Assembly: GCA_050633245.1 (NCBI GenBank)
Contig: JBOEGD010000010.1
Location: forward strand, 221,989-285,988
Length of the DNA: 64,000 nt
Origin: Calditrichia bacterium
GTDB taxonomy: Bacteria; Calditrichota; Calditrichia; RBG-13-44-9; J075
Reading direction: 5' to 3'
The notes beneath the pieces are model-generated. The model was not told the origin of the DNA. It saw only the letters and a program-made list of their open reading frames with translations, and searched no databases. Positions 45,700 through 55,867 of the stretch are shown here, in pieces. The translations under genes were made by a program, and so were the position numbers. Every line of letters begins with the position of its first letter. Within the stretch, counting starts at the first letter, position 1.

Positions 45700-46222
45700 A
45701 CCACTTCTCATACTATTGATTTCTACCGTTCTATTTGCACAATCCGGCAAGAAAGCCAACACCGGCCCGGATATCGATCTTCGAAAAGGTGTTTTCTTCG
45801 AGGTCGCTCCCTATGCCGGTGCAATGGGCGGTAGCGGCATGTTTGGACTGCGTCTTGGTATGAACTACAGCGCGCTCAACGTAGAAGTATCCGGCGAGCA
45901 GGTGATTGGCAAGACGGCAAACACCTACCCAATAATGTTGAACTTCATGCTGAATCTTTCCAAAACCGGGCGATTTCTGCCCTACGTCGGTGCAGGCGGC
46001 GGCTTACTAATGACGGTTCCTACCAACGCGATTGGCTCTCAGACGGTATCGAGTTTGGGCGCAAGTTTAGGAGTCGGTACAAGAATTTACTTAACAAAAC
46101 AGTTTGGCTTCCGCGCGGAATTCAGACAGCTGGCAACAAATATTACCGATGAGTTCGAGGCACGAGAGGAATTTCTGACGTTTCAGGAAATTAGCCTTGG
46201 AGTCACCTTTATGTTCAATTAA
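45680..46222 (+). CDS. Small outer-membrane beta-barrel protein
   Basis: Signal peptide, PYVGAGGG, LGVGTRIYL..FGFRAEFR, C-terminal LGVTFMFN. Confidence 0.8.
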   Translation: MDLRYIKPLLILLISTVLFAQSGKKANTGPDIDLRKGVFFEVAPYAGAMGGSGMFGLRLGMNYSALNVEVSGEQVIGKTANTYPIMLNFMLNLSKTGRFLPYVGAGGGLLMTVPTNAIGSQTVSSLGASLGVGTRIYLTKQFGFRAEFRQLATNITDEFEAREEFLTFQEISLGVTFMFN

Positions 46223-46243
46223 TACAATCTTTACAAAGGGGAA

Positions 46244-46822
46244 ATGATGTTGAGGAGAAGAACGGTTCTCACAAAAGGTGCCGTAGTGCTCGGGTTTATG
46301 CTGATGCTGCTACCGCAACATGCGTCTGGAAAAGGTGGGGTTTTTAACAATAGTGTTACCATCAATACCGGACTCTATGCAGCAGAAGGCTTTGGATCCA
46401 ATCTGTACGTCGGAGGACGCTACAATCACTACTTTGAAAAATGGAAATACTTCGTAGAGACATCTGTCGGATACAGCAGCATGCGTTCGCAAGTGCTGAG
46501 AGATCTGGCCAACTTTCAGGTATTCGATACAGAGAATTTATGGACCTACGAATTCATTTTGGGCTATGACATGTCACCGTTGAGAAACTTTCCGTATCTC
46601 CTCACCGGTGTTGCAGGCATCAGCCAGGGCGGACAGTTTAAATTTGCTTATGTAATCGGTTTAGGTAAACAGATCCCTCTGGCCCAATTTTTCAAAGTGA
46701 AGCGTCTCGGCTTACGCTACGATATTCGCGATCAAATTTTTAAGCAGCAGGTAACAAACACTGCGAAAGCGTTTATCGCTCATAATCTAATCTTTACTAT
46801 AGGTCTTCAGTACTATTTCTAA
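46244..46822 (+). CDS. Small outer-membrane beta-barrel protein
   Basis: Signal peptide, PYLLTGVAG, LRYDIRD, C-terminal IGLQYYF beta-signal. Confidence 0.8.
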   Translation: MMLRRRTVLTKGAVVLGFMLMLLPQHASGKGGVFNNSVTINTGLYAAEGFGSNLYVGGRYNHYFEKWKYFVETSVGYSSMRSQVLRDLANFQVFDTENLWTYEFILGYDMSPLRNFPYLLTGVAGISQGGQFKFAYVIGLGKQIPLAQFFKVKRLGLRYDIRDQIFKQQVTNTAKAFIAHNLIFTIGLQYYF

Positions 46823-46837
46823 CGCGAGGTAACAATC

Positions 46838-49078
46838 ATGAGTACGCATTACAGGAAGTATGTGTGTCGATTGATCCGGAAGGGGATAATCAGTCGCGGG
46901 GTGATTTTGTTTGCAGCCGCAATCATTTTCGCCGCCTGTGGATCGAATCCACCTGACGATATACTCGGTAAAGCCGGGCAAGCCGGACTGATTTTCGTTA
47001 AGGAAAACAGCGCCGGATCAAACAATAACCATGCAATGAGAAGCAACCGGGACGAGTTTCACGCCGGTAGCGACATTTTTCTACTGCGCCCTATTTCTCC
47101 ATCAGGTGAGTTAAAAAACCTCACGGAAAAATATACGCGTGAAGGTGAAGAGAATGAGAACAATTGGGGCCACGCTTGTGATCCCGAAATATCAATGGAC
47201 GGCAAGAAGGTTCTCTTCTCAATGAAGAAACGCCGCCAGTCCAGCTGGCATCTATATGAAATGGATGTTAATGGTGATAATCTGGTGCAGCTGACTGACC
47301 AGAGCTTCGGAGATGATATGGATCCAGTGTATTTGCCGAATGGTCAGATTCTCTTCGCCTCTACCCGTCCCGGAATTGTGGATGAGTATGAGCGTCGCGC
47401 CTCCCCCCTGCTTCACGTAGGTGATCGGGGTCCTGGCGGAAAACTCGTCAATATTCGCCAGACATCCTTCAATCAGAGTCACGATACCAATCCAATAGTT
47501 CACTCCAGCGGTAAGATATTCTTCAGTCGCTGGGAACACCTGGGAAGCCCCAACAAATTCCCACTGTTCGTAATGAACCCGGATGGAACGAAAAACTTTG
47601 TTCTTTATGGAAACCACTCTCCGCGCAGCAGCGGCAGCCGGGTATTCCTCGAGCCGCGCGAACTGTCTGACGGTGGATTGGTTTGTTCCGTCATGGAGCG
47701 TAACTCCCGCTTTGAGGGCGGTGCTATTGGCATCATCGATATCAGCGATTCTGATGACAACATTACGTTTATTACGCCGGATACCTCACCATTTCGCACC
47801 GGTGGTGGCTCGCAGGCTATTTATAAATCACCACATCCGATTCTGGACCCGACCGCACCTGCCGATCGTCGCGAGCGTATTCTATTCGCAATGTCACCGA
47901 TTCCAATTAATATGGGCGAACAAGAAAATCGCGTAGACTACGGTATTTACATCATGGATAAAGACGGTAAAAATACGCGTCTTATCTATAATGATCCCGA
48001 TTTCAACGAAGTTGACGCCGTTCCGGTAATGCCGCGTGCAGATCTGCCTGGCGGTGAGCCGTCCGTTATTCCGACTGATCCAAATGTCGTTGCCGGGCTT
48101 CAGTCTAATCAGCAAACGGGTTTCTTCTTTGATGCGAACGTATATGAGCGCGCAACGAATGACGGTCAAATGCGTCCCGACAAAAACTATGTCAACAGAG
48201 ACGGTAGCACCGGTCAGGTAAAATGGCTGCGTATTCTGGAAGCTATTCCAATGCCGATGGACCGCAGTCGTCGTGGCGGACCAATTGGCAACACCAACTT
48301 CGAAAAGCAGCGTGTGGTAGGTTATGCTCCGGTTCGTTCAGACGGTTCATTTACTGTAGAAGTACCTGCAAATCGTTCACTGCACATGCAGACATTGGAT
48401 GAGAATGGTATGCGTCTGGTGAATCAGCGCACCTGGGTTCAGGTTATGCCTGGTGAGAAACGCCTTTGCACCGGCTGTCACGGATCACATGATAAAGATA
48501 AGCTAATTGAAGATATCGAGATTCAGGCAAATGATGAGGTCATCAACAAGTCTGAAGGTCGTACCTACGACTCCGGCTTTCACAATGCGATTAATGTGGA
48601 AATGCACGTTGCTGCAAAATCGGATACCATCGACTTCTTTGACAAAGACAATCCGAACAATTCCAATACCATTCAGGCCATATTCGACAATCGCTGTATT
48701 AGTTGTCACGGTAACAGCTCACCTTCTGGTGGATTGAGCCTTCAGCTGATTGCATCTGATCTAAACGGAGATGATCAGGTATCTTCTGTTTACGACAGAC
48801 TGACCGAGAATGGTGGCTATTCTACAGCGAACGGTAATACCCGTGACTATGCATCTCGCAACGGTTCACGCATTAGCCCGTTGATGTGGGTGATGCACGG
48901 TAAGCAACTGGACGGCGACAATGATGAATATCGCACTTCCAGCTATGACCATACCCAGCTGTGGCAAAAAGGCACCGGCGGACTCATAGATCCATTTCTT
49001 ACAGGCAACAAGGATTTGCTGATGCTAATTGAATGGATTGATGCCGGAATTCAATATTCTAACAACAGTGACATGTAA
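46838..49078 (+). CDS. Hydrazine synthase alpha-like lipoprotein (TolB-like propeller, HZS-alpha middle domain, two c-type heme motifs)
   Basis: Lipobox FAAC; DPEISMDGKKVLFSM, DMDPVYLPNGQILFASTR, FSRWEH, MNPDGT; GYAPVRSDGSF..VPA..QTLDENG..WVQVMPGEKRLCTGCH; second motif CISCH. Confidence 0.82.
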   Translation: MSTHYRKYVCRLIRKGIISRGVILFAAAIIFAACGSNPPDDILGKAGQAGLIFVKENSAGSNNNHAMRSNRDEFHAGSDIFLLRPISPSGELKNLTEKYTREGEENENNWGHACDPEISMDGKKVLFSMKKRRQSSWHLYEMDVNGDNLVQLTDQSFGDDMDPVYLPNGQILFASTRPGIVDEYERRASPLLHVGDRGPGGKLVNIRQTSFNQSHDTNPIVHSSGKIFFSRWEHLGSPNKFPLFVMNPDGTKNFVLYGNHSPRSSGSRVFLEPRELSDGGLVCSVMERNSRFEGGAIGIIDISDSDDNITFITPDTSPFRTGGGSQAIYKSPHPILDPTAPADRRERILFAMSPIPINMGEQENRVDYGIYIMDKDGKNTRLIYNDPDFNEVDAVPVMPRADLPGGEPSVIPTDPNVVAGLQSNQQTGFFFDANVYERATNDGQMRPDKNYVNRDGSTGQVKWLRILEAIPMPMDRSRRGGPIGNTNFEKQRVVGYAPVRSDGSFTVEVPANRSLHMQTLDENGMRLVNQRTWVQVMPGEKRLCTGCHGSHDKDKLIEDIEIQANDEVINKSEGRTYDSGFHNAINVEMHVAAKSDTIDFFDKDNPNNSNTIQAIFDNRCISCHGNSSPSGGLSLQLIASDLNGDDQVSSVYDRLTENGGYSTANGNTRDYASRNGSRISPLMWVMHGKQLDGDNDEYRTSSYDHTQLWQKGTGGLIDPFLTGNKDLLMLIEWIDAGIQYSNNSDM

Positions 49079-49100
49079 GAGAGAGCGGAGAGGAAGATTC

Positions 49101-49592
49101 ATGAATCAGATTCGTTTAATAGTTGTTGCGGTCGGACTGTTCTTTTTAGGAGCAGCCGGCTCCACCAGCGGACTAGTAGGAAAACAAGCCCCGCATTTCA
49201 AATTAAAGACGCTGGAAGGTGGTTCCATCCACTCCCCTGCTGACTTTCGCGGCGACGTTCTACTGCTGGATTTCTGGGCAAGCTGGTGTCCTCCATGTAA
49301 GGTTTCTCTTCCTGAGCTTCAAAAGATGGAGAAATCAATCAAGGGTCTAAAGGTCGTTACTGTCAATATTGATGACGACGTAAAGAACGCCTCGAAGTTT
49401 ATGAAAAAGCATGGCTTGGAAATGACAACTCTTTTCGACGCTAAGAAAAGCGTAGCAGAGACGTATGGTGTCGAAGCCATGCCGACGGCTATTCTGATCG
49501 ACAAAAAGGGAGTCGTTCGCAAAGTGCTTTCCGGCTATACGATTAAAAAGAAAGACGAACTGGAATCTTCCATAAAGGCTCTGCTGAAATAA
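49101..49592 (+). CDS. TlpA-family thiol-disulfide oxidoreductase
   Basis: LLDFWASWCPPC, AMPTAILIDKKG, N-terminal signal. Confidence 0.92.
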   Translation: MNQIRLIVVAVGLFFLGAAGSTSGLVGKQAPHFKLKTLEGGSIHSPADFRGDVLLLDFWASWCPPCKVSLPELQKMEKSIKGLKVVTVNIDDDVKNASKFMKKHGLEMTTLFDAKKSVAETYGVEAMPTAILIDKKGVVRKVLSGYTIKKKDELESSIKALLK

Positions 49593-49607
49593 CGATTGGA
49601 GTATAAT

Positions 49608-49820
49608 ATGAAAAAGATGCTTGGACTTATGCTGGCGCTGTTTCTGCTAAACAGCTGCGTAATGGTAAAAGCCTACGAACGGGAAAAGCTGTCTGATCCG
49701 TTGATTACACCGACGAATCAGTTTGCAAAACAGAAGCTGGACGAGAAGTTTTTCTCTACTCGTGAAGGCAGCATCGGCGGCGCGCGCGGTATTGGCGGCG
49801 GCTGCGGATGTGCAAAATAA
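49608..49820 (+). CDS. DUF4266 family small lipoprotein
   Basis: Lipobox LNSC, VKAYEREKLSDP, REGSIGG..GGGCGC. Confidence 0.85.
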   Translation: MKKMLGLMLALFLLNSCVMVKAYEREKLSDPLITPTNQFAKQKLDEKFFSTREGSIGGARGIGGGCGCAK

Positions 49821-49852
49821 CCCTGTAATCGTAGCGAATAAAAGGACCAACT

Positions 49853-51001
49853 ATGTTTTTACGAAGCAAAAAATGGATATCTCTGATGTTGTTGAGTCTG
49901 CTACCGCTTAGCATCTTCTCTCCTGTTCTGGCGGAAGATGGCGAGGCGCTTGGTTACACCACCTATTATTTTAGCGATAGTGGTGGCAACAGCGTCTCAA
50001 CAACCTCCTTTAATCTGGCAAAGAAGCTGTTTGCAAAAACAGTTCTGCTGCTGGATCTGGAGCTGGACAATGTAACCGTGCCGCCGGTAACGGCCACCAC
50101 AGGTGCAACACGTCCGCAGAGAGAGGGCAGCTCAACGTTCGAAAAGAGCCGCACCCAGGTTATTCTCGGTATGGAACAGGGATTAACCGCCGATGCCGCT
50201 CTTGCTGTGAACTACTACCATAGTGAAGAGGAAGACTACAAGTCCAACTCCCTAATTGCCACCCTTACCCGAGAGTTTAATCAGAAGAACACAACTCTTA
50301 CCCTGCGAGGACAATACATCCAGGATGAGGTTGGCGAAATTCTCGACGACGGGTCGTTGCTTTATCGCGACAAGCAATCTGCCTGGAGCATTTTTGGATT
50401 GGATCAGGTGCTTTCCAAAACTTCGGTGCTGAGCCTTAGCTATGATTTTCTCTGGCAGGATGGTTTTCTTAGCGATCCCTATCGCCAGGTGCGCATTTTC
50501 GATACGCAGGGTGTTGCTACCCAGGTAGCTGAAGTTCACCCGGATTCACGTATTCGTCATGCCGGTAGCGTGAAAATCAACAAGCTCATTCCATCAATTA
50601 AAGCATCATTCAGCAGCAGCTATCGTTTCTATCTGGACGATTGGGAAGTGAATTCCCACACCTTCGATATCGAATTCGGCAAGTATGTCTTCGATGAGCT
50701 GATTGCGAAATTCAACTATCGCAATTACATCCAGGACGGTGCCTACTTTATTCAGGATCGTTATCAGGGCGATGAATTTCTGGCTGAAACAGCATTCAAA
50801 AGCCAGGACTATAAGCTGAACTCCTTTTATTCGAACAATATTGGTTTAAGCGTCTCTTATCTATTCAAAAAAGTGGCTGATGAAAAGCCCGGATTCAAGT
50901 TTTTGGAAAACGCGTCTATCGACCTTCGTTACTTCCGCTACTTTAATTCGCTGGACTTCTCGGCAAATATATATCAGATGAACGTGAATTTAGGGATTTA
51001 A
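49853..51001 (+). CDS. DUF3570 family outer-membrane beta-barrel protein
   Basis: TGAT, SEEEDYKS, FNQKNTTL, GFLSDPYR, E.HPDSR.R, YRFY.DDW.V.SHT, DYKL; follows TlpA and DUF4266. Confidence 0.8.
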   Translation: MFLRSKKWISLMLLSLLPLSIFSPVLAEDGEALGYTTYYFSDSGGNSVSTTSFNLAKKLFAKTVLLLDLELDNVTVPPVTATTGATRPQREGSSTFEKSRTQVILGMEQGLTADAALAVNYYHSEEEDYKSNSLIATLTREFNQKNTTLTLRGQYIQDEVGEILDDGSLLYRDKQSAWSIFGLDQVLSKTSVLSLSYDFLWQDGFLSDPYRQVRIFDTQGVATQVAEVHPDSRIRHAGSVKINKLIPSIKASFSSSYRFYLDDWEVNSHTFDIEFGKYVFDELIAKFNYRNYIQDGAYFIQDRYQGDEFLAETAFKSQDYKLNSFYSNNIGLSVSYLFKKVADEKPGFKFLENASIDLRYFRYFNSLDFSANIYQMNVNLGI

Positions 51002-51098
51002 GAAAGTTCAAGGTTCAAAGTTCGACGTTCTAAGTTAACAGCATTTTTAAACTTTGAACTCTGAACTTTGAACTTCAAAAAACAACAGTGAGGTTAGA

Positions 51099-53471
51099 AT
51101 GAAACCCATGGTCATCATCCTATCGCTTTTAATGCTTATCGCCAGCGTGTCTGCCGATGAGAACGGCTCTGCCAAAAAGCAGGGAGCCAACTGGGCAAAC
51201 GTCTCTGACGAAGCTCAAATTCAACTACTCATAGATGAACTGCGTTCCGCAATGAAGGATGCCGTACGCAGACAGGCCGTATCCAACCACCTGATGAAGT
51301 CGGCTGCAACAACGGCTATCGCCAATTCGCCGGTGAAATCTATGCGCATCGACGGCAGCAAGGCCTACGTTTCTCTGGATGGACAAGATATTACGCTGGA
51401 GAAAATCGATAATCACTGGCAGGTGTTGGCACTCGAGAGCGAAGGCATTGTCGAAGCTCCTACCAGCACCACTTTCGAGAACTTCGGCATTAATGACGGT
51501 TTCTCGGCTGGCGAAACATTCGCCAAACGCGACATCAGTGAAGACTACAATATCAATACGCTGTCCAAAGGAATTGCGACAACCTATCTCGATCGCAAGC
51601 TGTTCGGTTCGCCGGAAAAAACGGCTTCCTACTATTCAGCAACCTATCGCAAGAGCGCTCCACACGTGTCGGCTACTTATGTGCAGTTCGTGATCGATCC
51701 TGCCTGGAACCGCGTGGTTTACGGTAGCCTGAATCGCTGGATAAAAGCCTTTGAAGACGTGAACGGGCCTTCTGCTATCGCAGTTGACGCCGATGCCCGC
51801 GTCTTTGTTGGCGAGACCGGCTCCAGTCGCGTATCCGTGCTGCAGCTCGATGCAGCGCAGGAGAATTCAGATCTAAGCTTCTCTTTTGCCATCGACGGCA
51901 TTAAAAATCCTGCCGATATCGCACTGGATGACAATAATACGCCGCTTGACGTGTCAGATGACCTGCTTTATGTCGCCGATCCGGTTGAGAACACCATCAT
52001 CAAATTTGCTGTCGGTTCGTCCGATGCTCAGAAGGTGACGAGCTACGATGGCTTTAGCGAGCCAACCAGCGTACTGGTCGGTCGCTGGAATGGCGCCAAC
52101 AACAATCTGATCTACGTAATTGACAAGATTGGCAAGCGCGTTCAGCTATTCGAAGATACCGGTTCTAATCTGCAGCTTCTTCGTGAGCTAAAGGGTGGCT
52201 ATCACCAGTATTTCAGCGGCATTCGCGTAGATCACTTTGGAAACGTCTATCTGGTAGACAACGTGAATTCCAATCTCTACAAGTATTCCGCAACGCTCGA
52301 ACTGCTCGACCAGCTTAGCGGCGGCGCACAGTTTGAAGGCCTGGTAAATGCCGACATTCCCTTCGGTCGCATCACTGTTGAAGGTGAAGGTACCACCTGG
52401 GCAGGCTTCGATCAGCTGTTTACTCTTGAGCGCTGGACCGAGAACAGCGGCGCACAGCGACGCGTTCCGGGTCTTGGTATTCGTAACGCCACGTTCCACA
52501 GTGATGCCGATATCAGTACCATCACCAATCGCTTCATGATCACCGACGTAGCCGACGTAACCGTTCATATCATCGATGAAGAGGATCGCCTGGTGCGCGA
52601 CTTACCTGCAGGCTGGATGGTTTCAGGCTCCAAGGAAATCAACTGGGATCGCCGCGACAACAATGGCGAGCAGGTTAAAGCCGGCGTCTATCGCTATCAG
52701 CTGGAAGCAACAAGCTCTTATGGTGAGAATAACAAAACCACTCTGGATACGCGTTTCTATCTGCCGCTGTATTACTGGCAGGATTCCGGTAGTGAGAGTG
52801 ATGATCAGTTCCGCACCAGCGGCACCATCACCAAGTGGGGAGAAAATGCCTCTCAGACAATCGTTACTGATCGCGACCGCATCACCTATCGCTTTAGCGG
52901 CCTGAATTCCGAGAGTGACTATCAGATCTCCCTGGAAGCAGTTGTAAACGACGACAAAAAGCGTTCGCAGGCAATCTATGCCGGTAAGTCTGAGCTGGCC
53001 ATAATCGAAGTAAATGGCGAAGAGCAGCAAACCGCCTGGCTCGATATTCCGCGTGAGGAGTATGCTAATGGCACGCTGGAGCTTTCCATAGCACGTATTG
53101 AAGGCGAGTCTGCAGCTGTATCTCAGCTTTGGCTGAAGGAAAACGGCATTGGCCTGAATCCTGAGCAGCTGAATGGTGATCCGCAAGTTGCAGAAGGTTT
53201 TGCCCTTGAGCAGAACTATCCGAACCCGTTCAACCCGACCACCACGATTCGCTTCCGCATTCCGGAAGACGCGCGCGTGAAGCTGGAAGTATTTAACCTG
53301 CTTGGTCAGAAGGTTCGCACTCTGGTAGATGCACAGCGTAGCGCTGGCGTAACCTCTGTAAACTGGGACGGCCGCAATAGTGCCGGTGCTCAAGTAAGCA
53401 GTGGAATTTACTTCTATCGTCTTGAAGCAGGTAGCCTGGTGCAGTCTCGCCAGATGTTGCTGATTAAATAA
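51099..53471 (+). CDS. Secreted NHL-repeat protein with an internal and a C-terminal FlgD-Ig/T9SS-type domain
   Basis: Signal peptide; GPSAIAVD..VFVGE, NPADIALD..LYVAD; internal INWDRRDNNGEQVKAGVYRY; C-terminal QNYPNPFNPTT..SSGIYFYRL..MLLIK. Confidence 0.8.
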   Translation: MKPMVIILSLLMLIASVSADENGSAKKQGANWANVSDEAQIQLLIDELRSAMKDAVRRQAVSNHLMKSAATTAIANSPVKSMRIDGSKAYVSLDGQDITLEKIDNHWQVLALESEGIVEAPTSTTFENFGINDGFSAGETFAKRDISEDYNINTLSKGIATTYLDRKLFGSPEKTASYYSATYRKSAPHVSATYVQFVIDPAWNRVVYGSLNRWIKAFEDVNGPSAIAVDADARVFVGETGSSRVSVLQLDAAQENSDLSFSFAIDGIKNPADIALDDNNTPLDVSDDLLYVADPVENTIIKFAVGSSDAQKVTSYDGFSEPTSVLVGRWNGANNNLIYVIDKIGKRVQLFEDTGSNLQLLRELKGGYHQYFSGIRVDHFGNVYLVDNVNSNLYKYSATLELLDQLSGGAQFEGLVNADIPFGRITVEGEGTTWAGFDQLFTLERWTENSGAQRRVPGLGIRNATFHSDADISTITNRFMITDVADVTVHIIDEEDRLVRDLPAGWMVSGSKEINWDRRDNNGEQVKAGVYRYQLEATSSYGENNKTTLDTRFYLPLYYWQDSGSESDDQFRTSGTITKWGENASQTIVTDRDRITYRFSGLNSESDYQISLEAVVNDDKKRSQAIYAGKSELAIIEVNGEEQQTAWLDIPREEYANGTLELSIARIEGESAAVSQLWLKENGIGLNPEQLNGDPQVAEGFALEQNYPNPFNPTTTIRFRIPEDARVKLEVFNLLGQKVRTLVDAQRSAGVTSVNWDGRNSAGAQVSSGIYFYRLEAGSLVQSRQMLLIK

Positions 53472-53728
53472 TTTGATTACCACTGTGGCAATCAACAGCG
53501 GGACCCGGACGGATCGGTGAGGTTCTGTCCGGACGCCACAACGCATTAGAAGATCCTCTCCTCAACCCCGGTAAGGGCGGCGCCAGTTTTGGGTCGCCTT
53601 TGCTCTTTTGGGGCAGGGACAGAAAGTGGGTAGATCGTCCCGAAAAAAACGGGACTTGTAGGAGGTAGGGGGAAATTAACAAACGGCAAAGAACTGACGG
53701 CATAGAACAGACGGCAATAAACCTTGTT

Positions 53729-53752
53729 GTCACGCCGAGCGGAGTCGAGGCG
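53729..53752. repeat. Interspersed repeat family C (GTCA..C.GAGCGGAGTCGA.G)
   Basis: Further copies at ~55687-55734 (nested pair), ~62231-62254 (reverse) and 63901-63925. Confidence 0.7.
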
Positions 53753-54205
53753 CTAGCAGAAGTCAGAAAAGAAGGTGAGAAACGGTGAGGGATCGAGCTA
53801 TGTCTCGATCCGGAATGTGCATCGGTAAAGACGCGATGCTTCGCGTCTCATAAGCAGGCAGCGGATTCAGAAAATCAGCGGCAAATAACTAACGGCAATC
53901 AACATAGGGCAAACAACGGAGAAAAGGGAAAGACTATGAGGGATCGAACCATGTCCCGATCCGTAACATGCAACGTGCACCCCAGAAGCGAAGCGATCCA
54001 TATTTTTCTCCCGCTCTCCCTATCTCCCGCTCTAAATCGGCGAAGCGACCTATCCCCAAACATTGCTTGCCCTCATGCAGCCCAACATCTATATTTCACT
54101 AATCACGCAAAATATTGACACATTTCAACTACCGAGCGTTATTCTCGATATCGGACTGCCATAGACAGCTGCGGTTGAATGCAAAACATAAAACGGATTA
54201 CTCCG

Positions 54206-55051
54206 ATGGGAAGTTGGGGACCAGCAATTTCGTCAAATGACATCTATAAGGATATTTACGATGACTTCATGGATTTATATGATGAAGGTCTTGAATCAGC
54301 GGAGATATCTAAAAAGGTGATCAAAAAGAACTCTGAGCTTATTAATAGCCATGAAGATAAAAATAACTTCTGGTTTGCATTGGCAATGGCTCAGTGGCAG
54401 TGCAAAGCATTAGAGCCAGATTTGTATCAAAGAGTTAAACAAATTGTTAAAACTGGTGAAGATATTAGGCTTTGGAAAGACTTGGGGGCTGAATCTAAAG
54501 CACTTCAAAAGCGAGAAAAGGCTCTTAACTCGTTTTTAGAGAAGCTAAGCACTGAAAAGGAGAAGGCCAGAAAAAGAAAAAAGAAAGTTCTTCGCGATTC
54601 TATTTTCCAAAGAGGCGATTGTTTAACTTTTAAGTTGGAAAATGAGAATTATGGCGGAGCCTTTGTGTTGACATCTGAGGAAAAGACAGAGTATGGGATG
54701 AACATGATCGCAATAACAACTTTGAATCTTGAAGAAAAACCAAGAGTCGATGAATTTAAGAGTGCTTCAATTCTAATTACAGATCAGGAGGTTTACCAAT
54801 ACCTAGGCCCGGAAATGATATTTTGGCATTGCGCTAAGCATTTCAAAAAAGCTCCAATAAACTTTGAGGTGATTGGACACTTAAAAGTAAGCCGGAAGTA
54901 CAAGTTTGACAGTCACTACACCAGAGTTGCTCCATGGGATGCAATTAAGATAATGGTAGATACTCACATGCATTTAATTACCGCAGGAATCGGGGCGAAG
55001 AAAGGAGTAAAACTAAATAAATTGAGAAAGCGATCCTGGTTCTGGCGATAG
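54206..55051 (+). CDS. Hypothetical protein with MGSWG..ND (DUF4259-like) N-terminus and an Imm26-like second half
   Basis: MGSWGPAISSND, FWFALA..QW, GDCLTFKL...YG; AT-rich. Confidence 0.55.
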   Translation: MGSWGPAISSNDIYKDIYDDFMDLYDEGLESAEISKKVIKKNSELINSHEDKNNFWFALAMAQWQCKALEPDLYQRVKQIVKTGEDIRLWKDLGAESKALQKREKALNSFLEKLSTEKEKARKRKKKVLRDSIFQRGDCLTFKLENENYGGAFVLTSEEKTEYGMNMIAITTLNLEEKPRVDEFKSASILITDQEVYQYLGPEMIFWHCAKHFKKAPINFEVIGHLKVSRKYKFDSHYTRVAPWDAIKIMVDTHMHLITAGIGAKKGVKLNKLRKRSWFWR

Positions 55052-55137
55052 GGCTAGTTCCTCGAGAAAATGCTTTTTGATAATCATTGTTCATATATAC
55101 AAAAGCCTTGTTCCCAGAATCAGCAAAAGAAAACACC

Positions 55138-55662
55138 ATGCCCGAAACAATTAAGAACCACGCCACTGGCGACCAAATTGAATTTCTGCAAACCGCCGAA
55201 GAGACCAATGGTGAAATGTGCAATTTCATTATGACATTGGCACCAAAATCCTCATGGGCAAAGAGTCCGAGGCATTTTCATCCCTATCAAACCGAAACGT
55301 TCAGAGTCATTTCCGGCGAGCTAAACCTGACTGCTGGCGATAAGCATTATGTTTTGGGGCCGGATGACGACATGGTTGTAGTCGACAAATTTGTTTTGCA
55401 TTCCTTCTGGAATGAGACGGATGAGGAAGTTCGATTTGAAGCAGAGATCTATCCTCCAATAAATATTGAGAAAGGTTTACGGCTTACCTATAAACTGTCT
55501 CAGGAAGGCAAAATCAACAAGAACAATATTCCTACCAATCCTTTTCACACGCTCATACTTATGAATGACTTTGACTCCTATTTTGCAATCATCCCCTGGA
55601 AAATTCAGAAATTCATGTTTGCCCAAGGGGCGAATCTGGCTAGGCTGTTTGGTTATAAGTAA
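55138..55662 (+). CDS. Cupin domain protein
   Basis: HFHPYQTETFRVISGEL, HSFWN. Confidence 0.85.
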   Translation: MPETIKNHATGDQIEFLQTAEETNGEMCNFIMTLAPKSSWAKSPRHFHPYQTETFRVISGELNLTAGDKHYVLGPDDDMVVVDKFVLHSFWNETDEEVRFEAEIYPPINIEKGLRLTYKLSQEGKINKNNIPTNPFHTLILMNDFDSYFAIIPWKIQKFMFAQGANLARLFGYK

Positions 55663-55867
55663 GTGTCGTGTCGGCAACCCGCTCTGGCTTCGACGGAGTC
55701 TATACCGAGCGTAGTCGAGGTGCTCAGCCTGACGCTTTAAATACTCCTTGTCACCCGCTCTCCTTGTCTCCCGCTCTCTTTGTCTATCAAAAAACCCCTT
55801 GCCATGTAGCCCAAAGTGAGCTACATTTTAATCGTCACCATCAAACACGCATTGGGAGTGTAGAAAC

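Noticed and set aside
46838-49078. Anammox hydrazine synthase
   Set aside because: No beta/gamma subunits or hydrazine dehydrogenase nearby; HZS-alpha-like domains also occur outside anammox bacteria
52623-53546. 307-aa antisense ORF
   Set aside because: Shadow of the well-supported NHL/FlgD gene with no recognisable motifs
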